Positions 50,845-63,198 of a DNA stretch of 64,000 nucleotides are shown here, piece by piece. Below the pieces are notes generated by a model. It was not told where the DNA came from and made no database searches. It was given only the letters and a program-made list of their open reading frames with translations. Each line of letters opens with the position of its first letter. The stretch's first letter is position 1. The translations under genes and the position numbers were made by a program. The stretch comes from Octopus sinensis (Eukaryota): NCBI RefSeq assembly GCF_006345805.1, contig NC_043006.1, positions 67,704,001-67,768,000 of the forward strand, in the 5' to 3' direction.

Positions 50845-53195
50845 ATCTATGGGGCAGTGCTGCTGCTATTACACACAAATATCTTACACCCACATTACAG
50901 AACCGCCCTTATTTATGGCACAGTATTGCTACAGTTGTTGCATGTGTACACATGTGTGCATGCACGCACGCACACACACTCACACGCACACACACCCTAG
51001 ATCCAATCCACAGTAAAACCAGTAATGGTTCCATCACTAATGCATTGGCTCTACAGATCTACTGCATTTTCTCTCTGTCTCTCTCTGTCCCTCTCTCCCT
51101 ACTCTCTACTTCTACTCCAGCAGCCTCTCCTCATCTACCTAGCTATATAGCCCAAACTCCCACCCAAAAGACACTTGTCTTTCTTCCTCTCTTTCTCAGA
51201 TCCATCACTAAATAACTTGGATCTAATCTTTCCTCTGTGTGGGTATCTAAGCTAGCAATTAGGGCAGTGCTTCCCAATCTGTTTACCCCCAGGACCACCA
51301 TAACTTTCCAGAAAAATGTATGGCCCACCGTTGGTTGGAGTAAAAAAACAAACTTTATTTTCAATATTTCATAATTATACACTTTCTTTAAAGAAATATC
51401 CATACTAAAGCATTAGAATAGTGCTATACTGTAGCAAACAGTCTTCACACTGTATGCTTGGTTGGAGGGATTGGTTTGGCTAGGCTCAGTATAGGTATTT
51501 TTGCCTTTCATCTTTTCGGGGTCGATAAATAAAAGTACCAGTTTCGCACTGGGGTCGATGTAATCAACTTAATCCCTTTGTCTGTCCTTGTTTGTCCTCT
51601 CTATGTTTAGCCCCTTGTGGGCAATAAAGAAATATATAGGTATAGTATGTTTGCTATGTAAAAAAGATTTTCATAATTCCAGGTCCCACTTAAAAAAAAA
51701 GCAAAAAATTGGATCCCAAGCCCAACTGGTGGGGCATAGGCCCCACTTTGGGAATCACTGGGTTGGGGTGTTGTACTTGTAATCATAAGAATGTAGATTC
51801 GATTCCCAGACCAGGTAGTATGTTACATTCTTGAGCAACACACTTTAATATTGTTCTAGTCCACTCCACTGTAAATGAGTTCTTGCAATGGCTGGGAAGT
51901 TAACTCTGCAGTGGACTGGCATCCCATCCAGGGTGAGGAGTATGCTGTAAACCCAGTTGCTTATATACCAAGGAAACCAGGTCAAGCCCTGTCCTTATGA
52001 ATCCTAGAACTCAAAAAAAAAATCCTTCCTCAGAATTATTTCCCACCCCAGATATCAAAGTTGTGCATCAATGTTATTTGTGGTGGAAGATGGAGAATGG
52101 GGCAGGGGTGCGTTGCTTACAGAAATTACATGTGTTACCCTTCCTTGTACGAACTTGTCTAAAAAAAATCCTTAAGTATTGACCTTTGACTGTTACAGTC
52201 ATATCTATATGTACAGAGATAGATGTACACATTTATGTGTGTATATGTATTTCTGTGTGCATGCATGTGTGTGTGTATGTATGTATGTGTGTGTATATAT
52301 ATATATCACACTGTAACAATCAAACTCTCAGATGTTATTCATCACTAGTCACAATGTGCTTCCTTGCAGTATTGTAACTTTTAAATGCTACCACACCACT
52401 GGCCAGGTGGACAGGCGAACATTCCCCCTGAATAACATCACAGTCCATTGCAGGGTTACTCATTTACGGCCGAGTGGACTGGAGCAATGTGAAATGAAGT
52501 GTTCTGCTCAAGGAAACAATGCATCACCTGGTCTGAGAATTGAAGCTACAGTCTTGTGAATATGAGTGCAATACACTAACCACTAGGCCACATGCCTTCT
52601 CTCTCACACATGCACACACATGTATGTATATCTAGGTGTATATACATATATGTGCAAACTGAACAAATCTCCATAATTACTCATCAAGTTCTTGATTATT
52701 CAGAGAATTCACCAAAATCTCTTTTTCTCACTCCACACTCTTCCCCCTTCTTTCCCAGCGGTCTTTTTACCTGGAGTGGTCAGTAAATGTCCAGTCTTCC
52801 TCTGCCACTGTTACCCTAATGTTCATTAATGAATTTTATCCAGTAATTTAGTATTCCTGTTTTGATGTTCTTCTGAACAGTTAACTAGGATTGTCAGGGT
52901 TTCGTTTTGTTTCTCATCTTCTCTCTTGTTACTCAGAGTTGGGTGCAGACATCACTGCACAGTTAAGAGGTGTGCTTTGCAGTCATACAGTTTTGAGTTC
53001 GGCTCCACTGCACAGCGCCTTGGACAAGTGTCTTCTACAATAGTTTCAAGCTGCCTTGTGAGTGACTTTGGTAGACAGAAATTGTATGAAAGTTTGTGTG
53101 TATGTATTGGTTTTTTATGTCTCCATAACTTGGCAGTTCAGCAAAACAGATTGATAAAGTACCAGATTTTTAAAAAATAAGTACTGGAGTGAATT

Positions 53196-53455
53196 TAGAA
53201 AATTACTATTTTTAGATCTCACAACGTGAGATATTCAGCAACAGTACTTTGTAGTAAAGATTGTTTGGCAATATAACATGGCAGTCCTGGTTTAGGATGA
53301 ATGTTGCTGTAATTTAACCCCAGGAGACATCATCTCCAGCTGGCTATATGACACGATCTGTGTCCTTATAATTTTGAGCTGAGTAGGGATGCTAGACTCC
53401 CTTGTTCGAAAATATAAGGACACAGATCGTGTTGTATAGCCAGCTGGAGACGATC
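53196..53455. mobile_element. Truncated copy of a hairpin (foldback) element
   Basis: Same sequence and orientation as 54.61-54.92 kb; the right arm is cut by a (CT)n tract. Confidence 0.85.
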
Positions 53456-54613
53456 TCTCTCTCTCTCCCACTATTTAAAGTTCAAATGAGATTCACTATG
53501 GTGAATATTGGTACATGATGTCAGTCACCTACACAACCTTCCCTCATGATATAGAATAAGAGACTAGGCTGAAAAAGAGGGTGAGTGCTCTTGTCTCTTA
53601 TTGACAATCTCTAAACCAATACCGAAGGAATGCTTGAAGTACTGCCCCCACAAAAAGTACAGTGCTGCTGCTACACATTGCTATACCCTAAATCACACCC
53701 ACTAAAAAAATAACCACACAATTCAGTGACATGAAGTCATGAACATACTCCAACCTTTTGTCTCCATAGGCATGTTGTCTCCTATTTGTCATTTCTACTG
53801 CTACTACAGTAGCCTCTACTCCTCCACCTACTCTCCACTCATTTCTTTCACTCTCTTTACTTACATTGTATACCCCTACATCAATCAGTCTATCCATTCG
53901 ACCCCTCACCCCCACCTCCTCCCTCCCCACTAAAATATCTTCCCTAACCATGTTTCTACTACAGCTGTCAATATGGAATTAAGAGGACACCACCACCTGC
54001 TTTGATTTTACTGGTCTTTGGAGGACCTGGGCGGATTCTAACAACAGTTGCTTCTTCTCTCCAGACCAAACTATTAACCAATCGATTCCAGGTTTGATGC
54101 CCTTGCATAGCCACTTGTGCAGTATCTTCTACTGTGGACTCAAGTCAACCAAATACCTTGTGAGCAGAATATGGTGTACAGCCCTTCGTGTGTGTATGTG
54201 TGTTTGTTTGAATCTGTTATTGTTTGTCATGTCTCATGTCTCAGAACTTAGCAGCTCTACAAAAAAATTGATAAGATAAACATCAGATTGAAAATCTGTA
54301 CTAGAGTTAATCTGGTCAACTAAAACCTTTGAAGGCAGTGCCCCGGCATGGTCACTGTCCAATGGTTTTAAACCCGTAAACTACACTTACGTGTGTGTGT
54401 GTGGTGTCCTACAGACTGAAATCTAATTATGCTTCTTATATCTGATGTGGCATGTATACTACTAATGATGAAGCTTTTTCCAGTCTTACTAACATACAGG
54501 AATAATGAAAAACTCTCATACAAGCATAAATGCATCATATTCCATGTTGGAGTCTCCTCTCCCACATCTAATGACTGGTATTGACTATTATTTATTAAAC
54601 TAATCATTATAGA

Positions 54614-54919
54614 AAATTACTATTAAATCTCATGAGAGATATTCAGCAACAGTAAAGATTGTTTGCCAACATAACATGGCAGTCTTGGTTTAGGATTAAT
54701 GTTGCTGTAATTTAGCCCCAGGAGACATCGTCTCCAGCTGGTCATACGACATGATGTGTCCTTATATTTTTGATGGGGGTGCTAGATTCCCTTGTTCAAA
54801 AATATAAGGACACATCGTGTCATATAGCCAGCTGGAGACAATGTCTCCTGGGGCTAAATTACAGCAACATTCGTCCTAAACCAAGGCTGCCATGTTATAT
54901 TGGCAAATAATCTTTACTC
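54614..54919. mobile_element. Hairpin element: about 120-bp arms, about 22-nt loop, flanked by a 14-bp direct repeat
   Basis: Arms span 54651-54918 (agtaaagatt ... aatctttact); ctaatcattataga occurs at 54600-54613 and 54920-54933. Confidence 0.85.
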
Positions 54920-55010
54920 CTAATCATTATAGATTGAGGCTTATCACTGTCTTAAGGAGGACATAGAACACTATTCAGACATAACTTTTGGAATGACCTG
55001 ATACAAATGG

Positions 55011-55045
<35 letters not shown>

Positions 55046-58000
55046 GGGAGAGTTTACGAAAAAAACAAAAGACGAAGACAAGTGGTGTACAAAACAAACA
55101 AATGTATTAGTATAACGCTCAGGAATAGAAAAAGTTTTTTACGTTTTGAGCCGACGCTCTTCTACAGAAAGGGAGACAGAAAAAAACAAGGAGAGAAAAA
55201 ATGTGTGTAGTGGCTATGTATATCACTTTTTAAATATATATGTATATCACTTAAAAATATATGTATATCACTTTTTCTATGTTGGACTGCCACCAACAGG
55301 CCTGCAATCATTTGTGTATTAATGTAGGCTACTCAATGTCCCCCAGCTGTTGGAACAATTACCACTAGATCATCAGGGTGGAGGATGTCACCACTGATGG
55401 ACTGCCATCTTATCTATCTAGATAGCGTCAGGTCATCTGGGGATCATTACTTTAAATAGACTCTGCTACCTTAAAGTCACCTCTACAGATTTTCTATAGA
55501 AATTAGAACCAGCATATACACCTATTAACTATTTTTCTGTCATATTACTTGCATAAATATATTTGTATATGAAACATAACATTCAGTACTAGCTCTAATT
55601 TCTTTGGAAAATCTGATAGAGATGACTTGAAAAAATGACTGGATTGCACTGCTAACACAGGTGGGACACAGTATTGACTCATAAGCTTTTAATACACTTA
55701 GCAGTATATTAGGGTTGAATGTGGAAATACAGTGTCCTTATGAGCGATTGATATGTATGTGCACAGAATAAGCTTGTCATGTGTATGTTTACATTCTTAG
55801 TGTTATGTATGCATATCATGTGTGTACGTATTACATACAAGATATTACTGTGATAAGCTTAAAATCCAAAATAACATGACTAGAAACTAAACTGTAGTGA
55901 GTCCCTTAGGTTTACATTAGGCCCACCATTATATCTGAGTTGTGTATTCAGTGGTTTGGGTAGGGGAACACCTTTACAACATACTGTTGTATCTATGAAG
56001 TGTGGTGACAATTCAGCAAACCTGGATTGAGCTTAATTGTGCACCTCCCTATACAGCCTATGACAGTGGTCTGTTATAAGATAATCATAATTAGGTGTTG
56101 CTGGCAAGTTAATGAGAAGCCTGTCATCAGGAACGATTGTGATGAGTTGTTTTTGTTTTTTTGTATTGTGTGTGTGTGTGTATACTGGTGTGGCTGTGTA
56201 ATAAGAAGTTTTCTTCCCAACTACATAGTTCTTAGTTCAGTCCCACTGCATGGCACTCTGGGCAAATGTTTTCTATAGCCTTAGGCTAACCAAAGTCTTG
56301 TGATTGGATTTGGAAGACGGAAACTGAAAGAAGCCCATCGTTTCTCTGTGTGTGTATGTAGATAGATATGTGTGTGTGCCTTTGTGTCTGTGTTTGTCCC
56401 CCACCACTGCTTGATAACCGGTGTTGGTGTGTTTACATCCCTGTAACTTAGCAGTTTGGCAAAAGACACTGATAGAATAAGTACTAGACTTATAAAATAC
56501 ACACTGGGGTCATTTTATTTGACTAAAGATTCACGGTGGTGCCCCAGCATGACCACAGTCTACTGACTGAAACAAGCAAAAGCTAAAAGATAGTCTAGTC
56601 CCTGTAAGAAGTGCTGTGCCTTTCACTGTTTTTAGAGGATCCCCTTCTTGAGGAACATAATCCAAGGGGACCTGGTTTAAATTATTGCATTTGACCCATG
56701 GTAGGGATATTAACCAAGCAATCAATGATGATCTTCCACACAATTTCTCTCTGCCAAATTCTACTAAGAAGGCATTGGGCAATCCAAAGCTATGGTAGAA
56801 GATACTTTGCCCAATGTGCCATTCAGTGGAATCAGACATTGAACATTTCAATGATAACTTTTGCAAAATAGTAAATTATATCCTGAACATGGGTGTAATG
56901 TTGATTGATAAAATTATTGAATCTGAAAGTTTAAGAAAATGTTTGATTGTGAAGTGACCTTTGAAATCGTGCAGCCATCATTGTGTCCCTGTCTTCTCTT
57001 CAGACCCAGCATAACCTGATAGCATACATACTCTCTTCATAAACATTCTGCCTTGTGTAGAATATTCTTTTATTCTTTTACTTGTTTCAGTCATATGACT
57101 GCAGCTATGCTAGAGCACCACCTTGAAGGGTTTTTGTTTTTTAGTCGAACAAATTGACTCCAGGACTTATTTTGTAAGCCTAGTGCTTATTCTATTGTTC
57201 TCTTTGGCCAAATCGCTAAGTTACAGGAACATAAACACACCAATACCAGTTGTCAAGCAGTGATGGGGGATAAACACACACACTTGTGACAGACTTCTTT
57301 CAGCTTCCATCTACCAGATCCACTCACAAGATCCACTCTTCCATCTACCAGATCCACTCTTTATGGACATTAATTCAATAAGTAATATTTGTCACCACTT
57401 AAAAGTGGATGTCATATTAACATACAGAATCCTGCAATAGGTACTATGAGCAAATCAGAACTTCTCAATGTGGATTTTTGGTACATACACCCTTGTTTAT
57501 ACCGCCAGTGGGAAATAATCAGCCACTATCACTCCTGCCAGGACTACCAAATCACATAATTTGAGCCTTCTTTGTGATAGCACTTGATTATCTTCCACTA
57601 GCAGTATAAACAAGTGTGCCTGTATGCACCGAAAGTCCATACAAGAGTTTCTGGTTTTCTCAAATTAACTGTCACAGTATCTTGCGTTCTAACCCAACAT
57701 CCACTTTTAACTGGTGATAAATATTATTTTTTGGTATTAATACTGCTTTCGTTATTATTGATTATTATTTCAATATTTCTGAAAGTCTCAATCTGTCAGT
57801 TTTCCACTTCTCTATATCACATATGTGAGGCCCTCTTGGGTGTCTATCCATGAGGCTGAATACCCCCTTGAGATAATTTAGCCCTCACTCGTATTGTTTT
57901 GATGATTCGCTTAACCTCATTTTCACAGCAACACTATATTTAGAGTACTGTGTGACAGGTCTTCTTTATTTGGTAGTTTGACTTGCTAGAAATAGCTGGT

Positions 58001-58631
58001 AAATTTCACTCAAATTACACTCTCCTGTATTAAATGTGGAAGAACTATGTAGATGATGTAGGCCTTGATATACAAAAAGGTGAGATAGTCACTGTTGGAG
58101 CACTTTTGATCATAGGTCTCAATCAGGGTTGACCTGGGGCTAAATTACACCCACCATAACAATAGATACACACAAAACACTGCACAGTATGCCATGTATG
58201 CTATTTTAGTAGCCATTCTACCTTTTTTTTTCTCACTATCCTGTAGATTTTAAACCGTCCAATGGTGGTAGTAGTCAGATCCCCATCTCCTCATTCTCTC
58301 CTTCCTTCTTCCTCATTCTATTCTCTTCCAACACCTCCTCTCCTCATCATAAGCTGACCCCATGCTACTTTGTTAAAGGCATTCATATTCCAAGTGGTGA
58401 TATTAAACTGGGCAAAGGATTAGCTCTACCATCCTAATTTCATCATCAATTAATTAATTATATGATTGCTGTGAGCTGAATAGCTGCAGCAGATGAATAT
58501 TGGAGATGGGGTAGTGTGTGAGAATAGTAAACAGTTGCATTTGAGGGTATTGGGTCTGGTAAACAAGATGAATCTGGAATGAGAGAAATGACTTAGAAAA
58601 ACAGAAGCTAAGGTGGTGATGATGATGTGTT

Positions 58632-58980
58632 TGTGGAAGTAGGGTTGATACTGGACTGCCACCAACAGGCCTGCAATCATTTGTGTATTAATGTCCCACA
58701 GCTGGTGGAACAATTACCACTCGATCATCAGGGTGGGGGATGTCACCGCTGATGGACTGCCATCTTATCTATCCAGATAGCATTGGATCATCTGGGGATG
58801 ATTACTTTAAATGGACTGCTTTCTTATCTATCCAAGTAGCAAGAGATTATCTGGAGAACGCTGCTTCGGATAGACCACCTGTTATTGATCATAGACTTTA
58901 CCTCACATTACCTGATGAGCCATGTGTCAGCAAAACTTCAATGAATAGACAATTTTGAGCTTTTAATGAATAAAAAAAAA
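58632..58980 (+). repeat. Interspersed repeat, partial second copy at about 55282-55460, ending in AATAAA-poly(A)
   Basis: Shared ggactgccaccaacaggcctgcaatcatttgtgtattaatgt..gatcatcagggtgg..gatggactgccatcttatctat. Confidence 0.8.
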
Positions 58981-59239
58981 TACATACACGCATATTCCTT
59001 AGAAGCTAATGATTCACTGTTATTATTTAAAGTTTCTTACTATGTGCAATTCTTCAGGTGACAAAAACAGGAATGCCTATAATGCTTTGGGTAAAAGTCA
59101 AGTTGATGGAACATTCCCCAATGTATCTTGGTTGCACCAAATCATCAGGGGAATATTATATCAGCTTTACACCAGTTTATCTTGGGAATGTTGCTACAGA
59201 TATTCTATTTTATTCAGAAGAGATAGCATTGACTCCTTG

Positions 59240-59577
59240 CTTAGAAAATCAAAAAATAATACAGCACGCTTGGCTTTAGGAAACATTTTTCTCATGCTCA
59301 GAGTTGCTGAAGCATGGAATAAACTACCCACATCAGTTGTTAGCTGCTGTCAGGACACTACATCTTCCAAGACTTCCTGGCTTCCACCAACAGCACACCT
59401 GATGTCCTCCCACCTTTTTTTCTTTTTCTTTTTTTAAACAACTCATTCGCTATTCACTTTCTGTACATTGTTCTATATACTGTTCCTGCAGTTTGGGATA
59501 CTTTTCCTGATGAGCTGTAGTGCACCTGAGCACAGTATGCAATAAATTTGCTATTATTATTATTATTTTAAAAGCTT
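59240..59577 (+). mobile_element. CR1/L2-type LINE 3' end with (ATT)n tail
   Basis: [20 protein letters not shown] followed by a 3' UTR ending gtgcacctgagcacagtatgcaataaa and (att)n. Confidence 0.8.
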
Positions 59578-60419
59578 CTTCTCTAATGAGGAAACCTGCT
59601 CCAAAATATTAAATATTTCCTCCTTCAGCAAAACCATCTGAAATACAGCATATTTCAGAGGAGTCTTGGGAATTTGAGAAAGGAGTCTCTTTTTTACACC
59701 CTTTCTTTGTTTTTTTAAACTTTATTGTATTACCTCTAACTAATGCAGACTACCACCACCATCTCTGCCACCCTTATGTTATTGTAGATTTGTTATATAA
59801 GTAAAAAAAATGGAAACATTAAGAGGAATAAGTGTGGAAAATTATGGAACCATTGTCTATTTTAAGGATTCTTTCGTTGGTGTAGGCGTCTTTATTCTTT
59901 AGGTGAAGATGGAAGAAATCTACTTCCATCTAAAGTCTAAGTGCCACAACCCATCTCCACTCCATCTTGTGTCAGATCATCATTACAGATCTTCTGGGTT
60001 TTTCTTTTTATTTGGTCTTCTTTTATTGTATTTTTTCTTCCAATCTAATTACTGTCGCTGCACACCAAACTACTACCATCAAAGGTCCTACTAATATTAG
60101 TGACTATTATATTTACATTTCCTAATTCAGTTTACATGGTGCGTGTGTATGTATATATATATATATATATATTATATATATGCACAAATACAGCTCTCCT
60201 GCATTACAGAAGCATTGTGTTCCTGGAAATCTTGCTTTAATGTGAAATATTTTGTATTGTGGAGCTAGTTTATCCATTGGTACCTAGGTTGTATAGTGTG
60301 GAAGCCAATTGGAAAATAGGTTCCATATTATGGCAAGATTTCCAGGAATATAACACTTATGTAACTCAGAGTAAGTCTGTTTGTAGACACCGTAAATATA
60401 TCTATTAACATGGTATATA

Positions 60420-60468
<49 letters not shown>

Positions 60469-60488
60469 ATTATATATGTTCACATATG

Positions 60489-60540
<52 letters not shown>

Positions 60541-60685
60541 TGTATGTACACACATACATATATATCTGTTCATATGTGTGAGTGTGTGTGTATATATATA
60601 TATGTATATATATCTGCTTACATATGTGTATATATATATATATACACATATCTTTTCACATAGCATGTGTGTGTGTGTATATGTC

Positions 60686-60721
<36 letters not shown>

Positions 60722-60831
60722 CATATATATATGCACACATAATTTTAATATTTTTTTTCCATCAAGAAGAAAAGAAAAAAAAATTTTACATCTATTATTA
60801 TTTTTTTTATCTTCCATTAACTTGTCTTTAG

Positions 60832-60924
60832 ATCACATGGACGATTTGGCATCTTAAAACTGACAGTTATCATTTTGACCCTACTCAACCCACCCGGATC
60901 GAGAACATACATTTTATATTGCAG
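60832..60924 (+). other. Candidate 93-nt exon / recursive-splice-like junction in the giant intron
   Basis: Acceptor ttttttttatcttccattaacttgtctttag, donor GCAG|gtgagt; open in phases 0 and 2; the exon 3' end itself reads attttatattgcag. Confidence 0.4.
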
Positions 60925-61674
60925 GTGAGTGCTGCCGAAGAGCGATGTCCAGGGAGCCGCAGTCAGGCAGTTGATCGATCGATTGGTCGGTCAGTCGGTT
61001 AGCCAGCCAGCCAGTCAGTCGGTCAATCAATCGATCGATCCCTTCACCAACCAAAAAAAAAAAAAAAAAAGAAATAATTATAATAATAATAATGATAATA
61101 ATAATAATAATAACAACTCCCGACAGCTCTCCCTCTTCCAACACCTCTTACGGCCTATACCTCTTCCTCCACTCACGCTACAAGCTTCTGCTTTCTAACT
61201 TACTCTCACTGCAACTCCATTTTCTTGTTATTGTCGTCTGCTGCTGCTGGTGGCACCATCTACCTTGCTGCTGTTGTTGTTCTTGTCGATGTTGCTTTTT
61301 TTTTTTTTTGTTTTCGATGTTGCTGTTGTTGTCGTCTCTCATTGACGTTGTCATCATTGGTGTCATTACTTTCGTTCTTGTTGGCAATGTATCTTCGTGT
61401 TGTTGTTGTTGTTGTTGTTGTTGTTGCTTCTGCTTTCGGCGTTGTCACTGCTTTTGCTTGTTGTTGTGTTGTTGCTGCTGCTGCTGTTATTACTGATGCT
61501 GTTGTTGTTGTTGCTGCTTATCTTATCTTCATTGTTGTTTATATAAATTATCTACAATTTATATCATTTATTAATATTTCGCCCCCCGACTCCCTCATGA
61601 CCTCTCTATTCTGCAGATATCACTGGTATATATCATCATCATCATCATCATCATACTTTACATTCCACTTTAGT

Positions 61675-61709
<35 letters not shown>

Positions 61710-62419
61710 CATACATGTTCAAACATTTGTAACTGAACATACACATATTTATATTTAAACACCTTTATACATGAGTATGTACCTGTGTGTACGTACCTGT
61801 ATGTGTATGTGCATGTGTGTGTGTGTAATTTTTAGGATCTGTCCACTACTCCAGTTTGATACTCAGCAATTTTTCAGGCAAACTTTCAAAAATCTATTTG
61901 GATGTACAAACAGAGAAAAGAGTACTCAATGCATTTAGTAGAGTATATTTTTATTCAGTTTTATGTTGATTCATTTAGTTACTATTCAGAGTTGCTTATT
62001 ATGTGCATTCTGTCAGGCAGCAAAAAGCTCTGTATAATCCTTTGTCACCTATAAGATCGCACACTGCAAGAAACTCTGAGTAGTACCAGTGAATCATTAG
62101 CTTCTGAAGAACATATTGGTGTGCATTTTTTTATTTATTAAAAGCCAGATATTATCTATTCATATTATAACTTGAAGTTTTGCCTACACAAGGCTCATCA
62201 GGTAAATTTTGTACCGTTGTATATTATATTCTGATAAAATTACTTTTTTAGTTGAGTTGAGTTGAGTTTTTTTTTTTTTTATGGTTGCTGTTAATCAGGA
62301 ATCATGGATGGGTGCATATGTTTGATGTGTAATTAATATGTTAATCTAAGAAAGAATGTCATTGTAATTTTATACAAAGAAACCTTTTTAGAAAGGAAGG
62401 AAATTGAACATATTTTATA

Positions 62420-62908
62420 CAGTAATCACTCACCATATTGTGGTTCACCAATCACGCCCCCAGTACATTGCAGATTTTTCTGGCTAACATATGTAAATTT
62501 ATATTGCGGACTCCTCAGAATATTGTGGGTTTCTACAACCGATAGATATTTATATTACTTTAGATTTTAGCTATTTCTATGATAAAATAAGCATTTTCAC
62601 ACCTAAAAATTAATAAATAGAAATACAATACAGTACTGCACTGTGTAACACATTAATTAAAATATATTAAGAGAAAATACGTAGTGTACAAGAGATGAGT
62701 AAACAAAGAATCCCGCACACTGTGTGGCAAATGAAATTTAGGAGGCAAGTATGTGGTATTGTTTTACATTTATAATAAAATAAATATATACAAATTATAA
62801 AAATTATTTTTTAAAAATATACAATACAGTACTGTTTCTACTTTGTGGATTTTCACCTATGGCAGAGGATTTTGGAACGTAACACCTGCGATAGTCAAGG
62901 GAATACTG
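62420..62908. mobile_element. pogo/Tigger-like non-autonomous element
   Basis: ta|CAGTAATC ... GAATACTG|ta; the right part is the inverted counterpart of 12803-13024. Confidence 0.75.
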
Positions 62909-63198
62909 TATTTCTGAATTGAAGACAGAAGATCACTGTTAAAGGGAGTTGACTCTAACTTCATTATGATCTAAATCATCATCATCATCATCATTTAATG
63001 TCTGCTTCCCATGCTGGCATGGATTGGACTGTTTGACAGAGGGCTGGCAAGCTAGAAGGCTGCACCAGGCTCCAGCCTGAAGTTAAATAACCCAAATTTT
63101 AAATAAAAATTTAAATATGTATTATATTTTGGGAACCATGAGTGAGACGTCATTATATTTAAGTGTTTATGTGGGCAAAAAAAACAAAAAAGTCACCC

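Noticed and set aside
55214-55280. Three 24-bp tandem units (tatgtatatcactt..)
   Set aside because: Ordinary slippage in an AT-rich tract with no further structure
58690-58740. Minus-strand CTGATGA..CAGCTG motif (also 55340-55380) as a hammerhead
   Set aside because: GAAA is missing (CCAC/CCAA), and those bases pair in a separate hairpin
61092-61758. Poly-Cys/Val/Ala ORFs on the + strand
   Set aside because: Products of (GTT)/(GCT) repeats; the region is reported for its CpG and splice signals instead
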